DNA of 64,000 nucleotides from an uncultured Pseudomonadales bacterium (GTDB lineage: Bacteria > Patescibacteriota > Microgenomatia > UBA1400 > MFAQ01): assembly GCA_964487665.1 (NCBI GenBank), contig CAZARR010000001.1, forward strand, positions 19,982 through 83,981, in the 5' to 3' direction. Shown piece by piece: positions 38,002-48,129 of the stretch. The notes under the pieces are model-generated. The model was not told the origin of the DNA and made no database searches. It saw nothing but the letters and a program-made list of their open reading frames with translations. Every line of letters starts with the position of its first letter. The stretch's first letter is position 1. The position numbers and the translations under genes were made by a program.

Positions 38002-38486
38002 GCCAGTTCAGAGTAGCAGATATCATTAAGCGCATGGGGATACAGCATGCAGTACAGGTACAGCATAAGATATGCCCACAATGGATAAAAGACTATGCTG
38101 CAACGGTGAAAGGCTACTGTTACGCCGTGAGCTTAGTGCGTAACCACCAGTCGCTTGTGAGTGGCGATATGGTGCTGATGGAGGAGCCTACTATGGTGGA
38201 TATAGGCTTCAAAGGAGCGATGAACGCTATCATCAACAGACAATCATTGAAGAGAGCGATATTCAACCACGATGGTCGCGTTGAGACGACAAAGACGTAT
38301 GATGTATCGGTGGAGCTATACCCGTACATGATAGTAGATGGTAAGACAGTGCCGGTGGAGAGCTACGTCCTACTACACGATGGAGAGGATAGCATATTGT
38401 TCTATCCTTACAGCACAGGCTTGCCTAAGAAAGAGCATGCAAGCAAAGATGATAACATATTCACAACCAAAACAAACAAGGAGTAA
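37998..38486 (+). CDS. Hypothetical protein (162 aa)
   Basis: ATGA coupling. Confidence 0.45.
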   Translation: MSQFRVADIIKRMGIQHAVQVQHKICPQWIKDYAATVKGYCYAVSLVRNHQSLVSGDMVLMEEPTMVDIGFKGAMNAIINRQSLKRAIFNHDGRVETTKTYDVSVELYPYMIVDGKTVPVESYVLLHDGEDSILFYPYSTGLPKKEHASKDDNIFTTKTNKE

Positions 38487-38490
38487 CATC

Positions 38491-39051
38491 ATGTCGCAAG
38501 AAACAGCAAAAAAGTATTACGCATTCGGTTCAGCAGTACAAGAGGGTGTTTTGTTCAACGATACAGAGTTCAATGGTAAAACGATAGTCGCTTTCCGTCG
38601 CATAACGGATACGATGTATGGCTTCACGCTCAACGTTGATGTGACAACGAGCGAAAAGGACGCCAATGGTCATAGCGTAGTAGCAGAGAAGCGTTCTTTG
38701 CAGTTCACCATATCTGTTAAGAATGGTGCATCCGAGATAGCACAGTTGAAAGACAAGCTGTTCGGTGGTGATAAGAAAGTGTTTGTGCGTGTGTCTTATG
38801 CGCCCGAGTTCTACAAGGATAAAGAGGGCAAGTATGTGACAAGCCTCAAAGCACTGAACATAGAGTTGAAAGATGTAGAGAATAACGGAATCCTTGACAA
38901 GGCGATAGAACGCCTCACAAGCCAGAAGACGTACTTGGAGAACAGACGTAAAGAGATGGAGAAGAACGGCATTGTTAAGCCGGTGAAGAAAGAGGAGCCT
39001 GTTGTGCAAGAGAACAAGAGCAACGACTACGATGAAGACCTACCGTTCTAA
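38491..39051 (+). CDS. ssb: SSB-like single-stranded DNA-binding protein
   Basis: C-terminal acidic tip NDYDEDLPF matches the SSB DDDIPF motif. AAGGAGT SD. Followed by a strong terminator. Confidence 0.5.
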   Translation: MSQETAKKYYAFGSAVQEGVLFNDTEFNGKTIVAFRRITDTMYGFTLNVDVTTSEKDANGHSVVAEKRSLQFTISVKNGASEIAQLKDKLFGGDKKVFVRVSYAPEFYKDKEGKYVTSLKALNIELKDVENNGILDKAIERLTSQKTYLENRRKEMEKNGIVKPVKKEEPVVQENKSNDYDEDLPF

Positions 39052-39070
39052 GGTAGGGTAATGATGCAAC

Positions 39071-39101
39071 GGGCGTATGGGCAACTGTACGCCCCTTTTT
39101 T
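39071..39101 (+). terminator. Rho-independent terminator after the SSB gene
   Basis: GGGCGTA-TGGGCAACTG-TACGCCC-C-TTTTTT. Confidence 0.7.
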
Positions 39102-39104
39102 ATC

Positions 39105-39347
39105 ATGGTAGAAAAAGACTTAGATAGAGAATATAGAGAGTACCTGAATGATATATTCTCTATAGACCCATATCTGCAATCACGCACTGTTATGTACCTC
39201 ACCAACAAAGAGCGTAGTGAGCATATATCGGAAGATGAACTGATTGATGCGTGCGCTAATAGAGGTATGGGTGATATACTGAAACGGCTTGACCCTAATG
39301 CTTACAATGTAGGCTTTCGTGAATGGGTTGAAGAAAACGGATACTAA
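39105..39347 (+). CDS. Hypothetical protein (80 aa)
   Basis: ATG directly after the terminator T-run. No SD. Confidence 0.35.
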   Translation: MVEKDLDREYREYLNDIFSIDPYLQSRTVMYLTNKERSEHISEDELIDACANRGMGDILKRLDPNAYNVGFREWVEENGY

Positions 39348-39348
39348 T

Positions 39349-40131
39349 ATGCAGCTAAAGGAGATACGACAAGAGGGCGACTGCTTCTACTGTGGCGACT
39401 ACTTGGTAGGTGTCGTCAATAGGATTGACAAGGTAACGATGCTGATGTCAGGACACGAGTCTATAGCTTATTACTTCAAGGTGATGGAGATAGAAGAGTT
39501 CAGACAGCATTGGACAGACGGATGGCATAATCGGTTTGTACGCAAGTGTGGTGATGGTGTAGTGTGTAGCCATGAGAAACGACTACATGAAAGCATGGTT
39601 ACATACACAGATGAGGAGCGTAACAGCTACTACGTGTATAATAACGAAGGTGGTAAGATAAAGCAGGGGATACTTAACGTGATAGCTAGTGATAGCTCAT
39701 ACTTCAAGGTGTCTAAGATAGAGATAGAACCTTGGAATGAGTATAAAGTGCATCACAAAGGAGCAAAGGGGCACTATCTATTCAAGGACTTCTACGATAG
39801 CCACTGGCTGTTCGAGCAGTCATGCAAAGTGAAGGAGATGATACGGCAAGGAGGGTACTACTATATGTTCAACCACGAGAAGATATACAAGGTGTGCCGT
39901 AACAAGCATGAGACGTATAGCAGCAGAGAGGGAGAACATTGGTATATGATGCCACAGCACTACTATCCTGTATATAAAGACAAGATACTCGTGAAGACGA
40001 TGAAAGAGAAGTGCGAGGAGTTGGACAACATCTACGCACTGATGGATAGCTTCAACGATGACAGCAACGCTTTAGGTAAGACACTACTAAAGGCGTACTA
40101 CAAACAACACAAAGGAGGCAACAATGAATGA
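39349..40131 (+). CDS. Hypothetical protein (260 aa, Cys/His/Tyr-rich)
   Basis: ATG at 39349; the track's GTG is at 39319. Confidence 0.45.
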   Translation: MQLKEIRQEGDCFYCGDYLVGVVNRIDKVTMLMSGHESIAYYFKVMEIEEFRQHWTDGWHNRFVRKCGDGVVCSHEKRLHESMVTYTDEERNSYYVYNNEGGKIKQGILNVIASDSSYFKVSKIEIEPWNEYKVHHKGAKGHYLFKDFYDSHWLFEQSCKVKEMIRQGGYYYMFNHEKIYKVCRNKHETYSSREGEHWYMMPQHYYPVYKDKILVKTMKEKCEELDNIYALMDSFNDDSNALGKTLLKAYYKQHKGGNNE

Positions 40132-40483
40132 GCAGGAAGTGAAAGACCTTGAAGCAAAGGCAATGAAGAGCCAAACGTTGATAAGCGAGATAATAGAGAT
40201 AGAGAAAGACATCTATCTTTTAGAGATGTACAGCAAGGTTGATGGTGAGATAAGTGCTGGAAATGATATGAACGCTTGTCCGAAGAAGATAGTGTTGCGT
40301 GGCTCTACGAAAGACCGAGCGAACACAAGAGAGATAGAGGTTGGTAGCTATTATTGGATGCAGATGGTATGCCGTATTCTGACCGACAAGAAAGCAGAGC
40401 TTGACAATAAGCGCCGTCAGCTTGATGAGATGTTCGTAAAGAACATATATGGTGTCGAACCAAAACAAACAAAGGAGGACTAA
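40124..40483 (+). CDS. Hypothetical protein (119 aa)
   Basis: AAAGGAGG SD. Confidence 0.5.
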   Translation: MNEQEVKDLEAKAMKSQTLISEIIEIEKDIYLLEMYSKVDGEISAGNDMNACPKKIVLRGSTKDRANTREIEVGSYYWMQMVCRILTDKKAELDNKRRQLDEMFVKNIYGVEPKQTKED

Positions 40484-40484
40484 C

Positions 40485-41342
40485 ATGGGACTATGGTTAG
40501 GAAAGGACCTATATGACTACAATAGTGGTCAAAAGGTAAGAGTAGTCGAAGACCTGAATGAGCATCAGGTTATCGTTCGTGACATCGAGATACAACATGG
40601 AACAGGTAACATGTTCAATGAGCGTGTTACTGGAGACAAGAGAGCTGTTGATGTATCAACCCTTAGAGAAACATGGGAGGAATGCGGCGCCTATAACTGG
40701 TATCTATATAAGTGCAGAGTGCTTGAAATGGAAATAAAGAATAAAACTAAAGAGGTTGCTGACACAAAAATACAGATTGATAAAGATAAACAAGCGTTAT
40801 CAATCGAAAGAGACTACAACAGAGGAGTGTTGAAGTGGCTCAAAGAGATGAACAAAGACGAGAACCTGAAACAATGGGCTGAATGGTTCAAGACGATGAT
40901 GGGTGTCATAGATGGTACAATGAAATGGGCACTCATTACACATGAACATGCAACTCCAAAAGTAGTGCCACTTGACAAGTACCTATGGTGCGACAGTCAA
41001 ACGAGCAATGTACCTATGGTGTCACTGTTTGGCATGAAAAGCAGTGGAAAACCTATGATATGCAAGAACTCGTATCCAGATGGTAGCGGTTCATGGTGGA
41101 CATCGTTTGAGGTGTTCGAGACGGAGCAACAAGCGAAGGACAGAGCGTGTGAGATAATGTCTACAAGAAAGTCGATATCTGACCTTGAAGCCATGAAGAG
41201 CATAGGCTATAAGCCCACCAAGGAACAGATTGAACACTACAACAGTGGAGCATACGGCAAGATAGAGTACATTAAAAACGAAATAGCTAAAAAGATGCAG
41301 GAAGTAGAACGTCTGCAACAAACAATCATCAAGGAGGACTAA
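40485..41342 (+). CDS. Hypothetical protein (285 aa)
   Basis: AAAGGAGGAC SD. Confidence 0.5.
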   Translation: MGLWLGKDLYDYNSGQKVRVVEDLNEHQVIVRDIEIQHGTGNMFNERVTGDKRAVDVSTLRETWEECGAYNWYLYKCRVLEMEIKNKTKEVADTKIQIDKDKQALSIERDYNRGVLKWLKEMNKDENLKQWAEWFKTMMGVIDGTMKWALITHEHATPKVVPLDKYLWCDSQTSNVPMVSLFGMKSSGKPMICKNSYPDGSGSWWTSFEVFETEQQAKDRACEIMSTRKSISDLEAMKSIGYKPTKEQIEHYNSGAYGKIEYIKNEIAKKMQEVERLQQTIIKED

Positions 41343-41346
41343 CAAC

Positions 41347-43455
41347 ATGAGCAACGAAAAGAAAGGCGCAGGTCGCCCAGCAAACCCTGTATTAGCAACA
41401 GTACGCAAAGAAGATGTAGTGATGGAGCGCAATGTACGCCACCGTCACCTATGGGACGTAGAGGGCTATGACCCCAACGATGTGTCGCTCTATGGCGATA
41501 GCTTACAGAAGATATGGGATAGCGTACAAGACCAATGGGATAACAAGGTGCTACGCTACACACAGACGCCTATCATGTACAAGCGTGAAGACGGTAAGTA
41601 CGTTCCGCAGGTAGGCAACACGCGCACGCTGGCATGGCTGACATACAGCAAGGACGACCAAGAGATGGCTGTCGAGGTACGCAGCAAAGAGATGAGCGAG
41701 GAGGAGCGCCTATCGGAGAACACCATACGTACCGACATGACCGAGCTCTCCATTGCATATACGCTGTACGGCAAGAAAGGAGCAGAGTACAAGCGTGCCG
41801 TCATAGCAACAGGCTGGGGCGAGACCAAGTGTAAGCAGTGGACACACATCATGGCTACGCTGCCTAAGAGCTACTGGCTGTGGATAGAGCAGAAGCGCAT
41901 CACAATAGACACCGCTATCGAGCTATGCACACAGGATAAACGCCTCATCGCTTTCCTTGAGGGCGCACTCAAAGGCAATGATGTATGCGAGGATGCAGAT
42001 GGCGACCGTTGGAGAAAAGGAGTTCGATTCTTGCTATACAAAGCTATTGGTCATGGAGTAGAAATCATACAGCAAGATAGTATGTTGGTGCAAGAGCCCG
42101 TCATTATGCCTATATCCGATGCTGACTTCGCTATACCGTACAACGATGGCATGACGACCGACTGGTACGTGATAGATAGAGAGGCGTACCGCAGTTGGTA
42201 CGATGAGCGCAAAGCTGCACTGCTCAAACGCTGGGGCTTGGACGATATACAGGAAGGAGAAGAATATCGCGGTGGCGTAGCTTACGAGAGCAACCGCATA
42301 CAGTACGAGCCCTACCTTGGCAAAGGGAAGGCATGGTGGTACAACCACTACGTCATGGTACAGGTGAAAGACAAGGCGGAGCAGCAGGTCAATAAGGTAG
42401 AGAAGCTATCGCAGGCAGCAGATAAGGCAAAGGCTGCCGAGTATGCCGACAAGCAGCTATCGAAAGAGGCGCAGAACATACTCGAAAAGTCGCGCGACAC
42501 ACTAACACATGAGGAGCTTATGGAGATGCTAAAGGTGGAGCACAGTATGCACAAGGATGCTACGTTGCATACCCTACTCTACTGTCTGCTGTCATGGCGC
42601 GGGTCGTTCCTACGTGAGAGTACCAAGCGAATGCTGATGCCGGATTATGACCGCCGTTATGCCCGCCTGATGGAGCAGTACATGGATGAGAAGCAAGAGA
42701 TGTTAGGTGCAGAGATGGAGGCGTTGCGTAAGAAGAAGAAAGCAAGCGTTGATATCTTCTTCGCTCCACATGTATTCATACCTTGGCAGACATACGCTGC
42801 CGATGTGCTTGCAGGGCATTGCTTCTGGGTCAATGGTGAGGCGATGAAACACATCAAGGAGCAGTGTAAGATACTCGGTATATCCGTATCTTGGCACGAC
42901 AAAGAGAAGGCATGCGCCATGATAAAACGAGGCTTGGATAAGTGGACTACGAAGTGGAACGAGGATGAGCGTGCTATGTATGAGCATAAGAACAAGCAAT
43001 GGTCTGACACCAAGGAGGTGATGAGAGGCTATGCACAGCACCTTGCACTATGGCTTGGCGAGGATATCGACGATGAGAACGGTCGTGTGGTGTGCCAGAC
43101 GAGCTACGATGCTATCAACAAGGCGTTCATTGACTTCATACACAAGTGGTACAAGCGTGATGTGTATCTCAAGTGGATGGGCAAACCGATAGCGCAGTGG
43201 TGTGGCGAGCGTGCCGATGGTGGTAAGCAAGTGTATGATGTGATACTCGTCATGGTGTCATGGCTGATGGATAACAAGCAGCGTGTACCTAACTACGGCG
43301 AGACACCCACAAGCCCTATGCCGGAGAAGAAGGTACAGGTGGTAGAGACGACAACGGAGATGGAAGAGGAAGAGGACTACGATGAAAGCGAGTTCATCAT
43401 GGATGACGCTGATGATGACAGAGATTACTCAATGATGGAAGATATGGGTGACTAA
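41347..43455 (+). CDS. Hypothetical protein (702 aa) with an acidic C-terminal tail
   Basis: AAGGAGGAC SD. No NTPase motif recognised. Confidence 0.5.
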   Translation: MSNEKKGAGRPANPVLATVRKEDVVMERNVRHRHLWDVEGYDPNDVSLYGDSLQKIWDSVQDQWDNKVLRYTQTPIMYKREDGKYVPQVGNTRTLAWLTYSKDDQEMAVEVRSKEMSEEERLSENTIRTDMTELSIAYTLYGKKGAEYKRAVIATGWGETKCKQWTHIMATLPKSYWLWIEQKRITIDTAIELCTQDKRLIAFLEGALKGNDVCEDADGDRWRKGVRFLLYKAIGHGVEIIQQDSMLVQEPVIMPISDADFAIPYNDGMTTDWYVIDREAYRSWYDERKAALLKRWGLDDIQEGEEYRGGVAYESNRIQYEPYLGKGKAWWYNHYVMVQVKDKAEQQVNKVEKLSQAADKAKAAEYADKQLSKEAQNILEKSRDTLTHEELMEMLKVEHSMHKDATLHTLLYCLLSWRGSFLRESTKRMLMPDYDRRYARLMEQYMDEKQEMLGAEMEALRKKKKASVDIFFAPHVFIPWQTYAADVLAGHCFWVNGEAMKHIKEQCKILGISVSWHDKEKACAMIKRGLDKWTTKWNEDERAMYEHKNKQWSDTKEVMRGYAQHLALWLGEDIDDENGRVVCQTSYDAINKAFIDFIHKWYKRDVYLKWMGKPIAQWCGERADGGKQVYDVILVMVSWLMDNKQRVPNYGETPTSPMPEKKVQVVETTTEMEEEEDYDESEFIMDDADDDRDYSMMEDMGD

Positions 43456-43530
43456 CAGTAAGACGGTGGGACACGCCCTATTACATGGTGGTAGGGCGTT
43501 GCACCCACTATAAAACAAAGGAATAGAAAC

Positions 43531-43977
43531 ATGGATAAGAAGAGACTACAAGGGTTGTTCGACCCTGACCGCAGCCCGGAGAAAAGACAGCAAGACGCCT
43601 TAACGCTTGCAAGCCACATGGTGATGACACGCATCGGCTTGGAGGTTGTCAAGCAAGCTGGACAGAGTGCTATAGACTTCATACGCATAAACAGGTACAA
43701 CCTGCCTAACGTGGTCAGTAGGCTCAAGCTGATGGTGCAGTTCGCTAAGAACAACAAAGATGTCTATGACAAAGACATAGTAGATACGCACATAAGAAAG
43801 GACAAGGTGAAAGAGGATATGGATAGTACCAGTATGCTACAAGGTGCTGCTTTTGTCGATGTGCTCGGCATAGCAGCATCATTACATCCTGACGACATAG
43901 ATGAGTTCTGTGATGAGATACGGGCTGTGAAAGACAGGCTTGTAGCAAAAAGAATGGAGGATAACAATGGAGACTAA
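43531..43977 (+). CDS. Hypothetical protein (148 aa)
   Basis: AAAGGAAT SD. Preceded by a 13-bp nested hairpin at 43474-43516. Confidence 0.45.
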   Translation: MDKKRLQGLFDPDRSPEKRQQDALTLASHMVMTRIGLEVVKQAGQSAIDFIRINRYNLPNVVSRLKLMVQFAKNNKDVYDKDIVDTHIRKDKVKEDMDSTSMLQGAAFVDVLGIAASLHPDDIDEFCDEIRAVKDRLVAKRMEDNNGD

Positions 43978-44704
43978 AGGCACACGCTTCTTGCGCTCGT
44001 TGGTGGCTGGGTGGATAGAAGACCACGACACCAAGCATGACAGCGACCCACCAAAGGCGTTACACCATATGTGGATACTACAGGTCTATGCTCACGAGGG
44101 CTGTACATACGAGAACATACACGAGATAGCCCGCATCATGGTCGAGATAGACGTCGCTTGTGCAGGAAAGACAAGCATGAACTACTACTTACTGAATGCC
44201 TTTCGTAACATACTGCCACGTCTATACGAAGCACTCGGCATGGGTGACATAGAGGTTGATTCAGACCAAGACGATGAACAGAGAGAGCATCTTATCATAA
44301 AGCCTGACATAGACGATAACCCTATGTTCGGCTTTGATAGCTACCTGACAGACTACATCGAAAGCGAAGCGAACCGTGAGCCGCGCACACAAGATGATGG
44401 TGATAACAACATACCACTTCTTAGTCAGACCGACATAGCTACTTACTACTGCTGGACACTGAATAAGGCACAGGTGGAACGACTGCTACGTAAGCATAAG
44501 GATATCAACGGCTTGCCTTACAAAACACATGACAATGGTAGGCAGTTTGTCAGCATCTACGGCACTGTCAAGGAGCGAGATGGCGAGAAGTACATATCTA
44601 TCTACGACTACGAAGACGGCTATCGCATGGCTCTCGATGCGGGTTATGGCGATGAGCTTATAGCAGCGGCGATGGTACACCTACAACAGGAGGCTAAGAT
44701 ATGA
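43967..44704 (+). CDS. Hypothetical protein (245 aa)
   Basis: GGAGGAT SD. Confidence 0.5.
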   Translation: METKGTRFLRSLVAGWIEDHDTKHDSDPPKALHHMWILQVYAHEGCTYENIHEIARIMVEIDVACAGKTSMNYYLLNAFRNILPRLYEALGMGDIEVDSDQDDEQREHLIIKPDIDDNPMFGFDSYLTDYIESEANREPRTQDDGDNNIPLLSQTDIATYYCWTLNKAQVERLLRKHKDINGLPYKTHDNGRQFVSIYGTVKERDGEKYISIYDYEDGYRMALDAGYGDELIAAAMVHLQQEAKI

Positions 44705-44892
44705 ACAACAGCAAGTGTAAGGTCAAGGTAGAGATACACGATGGCATGGTGCGCATCATCGTCAAGGCAGATGATGGTCGTGCCTTCGAGTTCGACATGA
44801 AGCCGGAGGTGGCATGCAGCCTCGCAGATAAGCTACACAGTGCAGTGTTTGCACTAATGAAAAAGGTAAAGGAGGTACATGAAGCTACATAA
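44701..44892 (+). CDS. Hypothetical protein (63 aa)
   Basis: GGAGG SD plus ATGA coupling. Confidence 0.45.
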   Translation: MNNSKCKVKVEIHDGMVRIIVKADDGRAFEFDMKPEVACSLADKLHSAVFALMKKVKEVHEAT

Positions 44893-45412
44893 GGCGCTCA
44901 AGAGCTTCGGCATAGCACTACTATCATTCACTGCTGCTACGCTGGCAGCTAAGGGGCTGACCGATGATGACATACAGACGGTGATGTACATACGCGAGGA
45001 GTGGACTGTACGACCGAAGCGACGACCGCGACAGGTGAAGGAGTGGCGCGATGCTATCGACTGGGCAGACCTACAGCTTGAGGTGCGCGAGGTGATGGTG
45101 CTGATACTGCTCGACCACGAGGATAACGTCATTAACACATACCGAGTGGCAGAGGGGAGTCGCGATAACGTAGCAGTGTGTAAGCAACTGATACTAGAGC
45201 ATATCATAGCCAACAGAGCATGTAAGGCTATACTGGTGCATAACCACCCACGCGGTGGTAGCGTGAGCGATAAGGACGTGTCGTTCACTAAGACGATGAT
45301 AGATGCTATCAGCCACCATAACTGCCGTCTATTGGAGCACTATGTCGATACGCACGATAGGGTCTATGGTATCATAAACAAAGAAAGCTATAACAAGGAG
45401 GACAAAGCATGA
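44879..45412 (+). CDS. radC: RadC-like JAB/MPN domain protein
   Basis: LVHNHPRGGSVSDKD matches the RadC/JAB signature HNHPSG...PS..D. AAGGAGGT SD. Confidence 0.55.
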   Translation: MKLHKALKSFGIALLSFTAATLAAKGLTDDDIQTVMYIREEWTVRPKRRPRQVKEWRDAIDWADLQLEVREVMVLILLDHEDNVINTYRVAEGSRDNVAVCKQLILEHIIANRACKAILVHNHPRGGSVSDKDVSFTKTMIDAISHHNCRLLEHYVDTHDRVYGIINKESYNKEDKA

Positions 45413-46341
45413 GAAGCATCATAGGACTAAAAGTGAGCAGCAAGGACTTCATAAGCCTTACTAACAACCCGCTTGTCAATAGGACAGGGTACTTGTCGAC
45501 GTATAACGACCGTTTCAACAGACTACCTATCTATCGCTCCACGATAAGCGATACAGAGATAAGATGTGGCGTTACGTCTATCGATATAGAGTATTCTATG
45601 CATCTATTAGCATCGTGTATTGCAATAGGTTTGGGTGAAGGGCATGAAGTAGAGATGGAAGTGATGGGTCTTGAGCACAACGCACCTGATAGTGAGCGGC
45701 GCATAGGAGACTGCATCTATGCTGTACAGATACGCTATGACAATGCGTTGTACATAGGTTCAGTGCGTCGTTATGACATATCTTCTGGGAAAGGTCATAT
45801 ATCGTGGGAGCTATATGCAGAGAAGCAAGACACGGAGCTATATGGTGATGATGTGATATACTGTGGCGAAGACTACGAGTGCGACAACTACGTTGATGTG
45901 TTGCAATCGTTGCCACTATCGTCGCGTCAGTGCTTCAACTGTGGGCTACCACCAGAGCAGCATAAGACATGGTTGGAGAACGCCGAGAACCACTTACAGC
46001 AAGAGCAGCAGCAGGCACAAGAAGAGGACGAGTGTGAGGCAGCGAACAACGATGAGGTCGTCGAGGTGCTGATGTACGACGGGCACGAGATGCGCCTCAA
46101 GATACTCAAGGGAGTAAGCGATGGTATCATATACTCATTCGTCGAGGGCTACATACAAGAGAAGAAGTATGATAGCGCCAAGAAGCGTAGCTACAACTAC
46201 GACATGTACAACATGATGCGTAACACAGACGGCACACGCCGTCAGGTAGAGATGAAAGGAGAGAACGGTGAGCACTGGCGCGGAACCTTTGAGCAGCTAC
46301 TCGATGGCTCCGATAAGCTGGTGATGACGAGAACGAAGTAG
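45409..46341 (+). CDS. Hypothetical protein (310 aa)
   Basis: AAGGAGGAC SD. Confidence 0.5.
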   Translation: MRSIIGLKVSSKDFISLTNNPLVNRTGYLSTYNDRFNRLPIYRSTISDTEIRCGVTSIDIEYSMHLLASCIAIGLGEGHEVEMEVMGLEHNAPDSERRIGDCIYAVQIRYDNALYIGSVRRYDISSGKGHISWELYAEKQDTELYGDDVIYCGEDYECDNYVDVLQSLPLSSRQCFNCGLPPEQHKTWLENAENHLQQEQQQAQEEDECEAANNDEVVEVLMYDGHEMRLKILKGVSDGIIYSFVEGYIQEKKYDSAKKRSYNYDMYNMMRNTDGTRRQVEMKGENGEHWRGTFEQLLDGSDKLVMTRTK

Positions 46342-47001
46342 ATGAACAACGGGGCTATCACAAACGGTAGCCCCACTTTTTATATGCAACTGACACAAGC
46401 AGACAGAGACAGCATACGCGAAGCGATAGAACGCGAGATGCAGAACGAAGCGATGTACCAAGGGCTTACCAATGGGCACTCATATAAGATATGGGAGATG
46501 ATGCACGGTAAGACGAAGGGCACTACGATAGCGGAGGTCATAAAGGCAGTGATGTGGTTATGGTATAGCAATAACCTTAGCATCTTGAACATAGCAATAC
46601 CATGGCACTATCTATTCGTCAAGAAGATAGGCGATAAGCTGATGTCGTACACGACGGGTTCTGGTAGCATTGATGCTTACGAGTGCGTCGTCAAGATACT
46701 AGAAGAGATAGAGCTACCTTGTATCATGGTGTGGGTAAACAGCAACCAGCAGCCGGCAGAGGTGGTGCACATGCCACTGTTTCAGTGCGGTGATACAATG
46801 TATGTTGATGGCGAGCCAGCAGGTGTAATAGTAGCCATAGAGCGCAATATATTGGCACCAAGCGTACCATATACATATACATTAAAGAACGGTATATGTG
46901 TGAATATATATGCAGATAGTGGAAAGAATGGTGAGTACACAGGATTTACTCGTGAAGGAGATAGTTTTCAAGTGTCTAAACACAAGGAGGATAAAGCATG
47001 A
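46342..47001 (+). CDS. Hypothetical protein (219 aa)
   Basis: ATG adjacent to the upstream TAG. Confidence 0.45.
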   Translation: MNNGAITNGSPTFYMQLTQADRDSIREAIEREMQNEAMYQGLTNGHSYKIWEMMHGKTKGTTIAEVIKAVMWLWYSNNLSILNIAIPWHYLFVKKIGDKLMSYTTGSGSIDAYECVVKILEEIELPCIMVWVNSNQQPAEVVHMPLFQCGDTMYVDGEPAGVIVAIERNILAPSVPYTYTLKNGICVNIYADSGKNGEYTGFTREGDSFQVSKHKEDKA

Positions 47002-47843
47002 GCCTATACAACACAAGCACTCCTTCAGAAGCGTTAAAGAGCAGCTACGATTCGTTCTACAGACCAAAAGACTTCTTACCGCAAGATGAAGAGAGTATTA
47101 ACAACCTATTGATGCAGCGCCGGCAGTTAGATGGTTTAACAGTCAAATACATCAAGCATCTATATATTGCAGATGTAAAGAAATGTATAGACCTACTCGC
47201 ATCTGCACGTCATACAGAGTCGAACGTGGACTTGGCTCTAAGCCTTATGTTCAACGAAGACTTCATAGCGATGCATGAATGGAAAGACTTGATAGCGATG
47301 CATGAATGGAAAGACTTGATGAGCACGCTTGAGAAGCAAGATGGATGGCTATTATCGGAACGTGCACAGATGGTACTACAGCTTTTCTTCGGTCTTGAGG
47401 CTGCCATTAAGATAGCGATGTTGTACGAAGTAAAAGATAGGTATATATCGAATATCAGGATACATAGCCACCAAAGAGGATGTTCTTATATGTCGATAGA
47501 GTTCTCATTACGACACAACAACATAGAAGTATCAACTCATCATGTACGTAACCTACAAGCCAACTGCTATGACGATGTAAAAGATAGTGAGATGACACTA
47601 TTGGCTTTCATGGAGCATATCATAGAGCGTGGCTTTGCACTGGCTCATATCGTAGCACAGATAGCTCGTAAGCAAGAGGAGATTAGTGACATGATGAATA
47701 CACGGTTTAGTGCTTTTCGTGATCTTATAGTGTATCCAAAAGAGCCAAATGATGGTGCAGAGCTTATACGAGAGGCATTCAGCGAAGCTCGGGTGATGAT
47801 GAGTAACGAAAAGCTTAAAAAGATAGGAGGCTACAATGAATGA
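46998..47843 (+). CDS. Hypothetical protein (281 aa) containing an in-frame 27-bp tandem duplication
   Basis: AAGGAGGAT SD. Confidence 0.5.
   Translation: MSLYNTSTPSEALKSSYDSFYRPKDFLPQDEESINNLLMQRRQLDGLTVKYIKHLYIADVKKCIDLLASARHTESNVDLALSLMFNEDFIAMHEWKDLIAMHEWKDLMSTLEKQDGWLLSERAQMVLQLFFGLEAAIKIAMLYEVKDRYISNIRIHSHQRGCSYMSIEFSLRHNNIEVSTHHVRNLQANCYDDVKDSEMTLLAFMEHIIERGFALAHIVAQIARKQEEISDMMNTRFSAFRDLIVYPKEPNDGAELIREAFSEARVMMSNEKLKKIGGYNE
47265..47318 (+). repeat. Perfect 27-bp tandem duplication (ATAGCGATGCATGAATGGAAAGACTTG x2), encoding IAMHEWKDL twice
   Basis: Read directly from the sequence. Confidence 0.8.
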
Positions 47844-48129
47844 CGAACAACAGGAGAATGACCAAGTAGTGTTCGAGGCATTGCAGAAGCTACTAGTTAA
47901 CCAAGTAGCTATGTTCGACCACGATACCATCAAGCGAGCGTATGAAGCAGTAGAGCAGTCACGTAAGCGTTACGAGGCAGCAGGTTTTCTTGTAAGCTCG
48001 CCACGAGAGTACAACGATACTTGTAACCGTATGAAAGTGATGAAAGAGGTGAACGATGCAATCATGCAGTTGGTGGATGCAGTCAACAAGCTGCATGAGG
48101 TACAAGCTATAAAAGGAGGTAAAACATAA
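47836..48129 (+). CDS. Hypothetical protein (97 aa)
   Basis: AGGAGG SD. Confidence 0.5.
   Translation: MNDEQQENDQVVFEALQKLLVNQVAMFDHDTIKRAYEAVEQSRKRYEAAGFLVSSPREYNDTCNRMKVMKEVNDAIMQLVDAVNKLHEVQAIKGGKT

Noticed and set aside
42005-42030. GGAGTTCGATTCTTG T-arm-like sequence inside the 702-aa gene
   Set aside because: It lies within a well-supported CDS (encoding GVRFLLY) and has no flanking tRNA features. It is coincidental.
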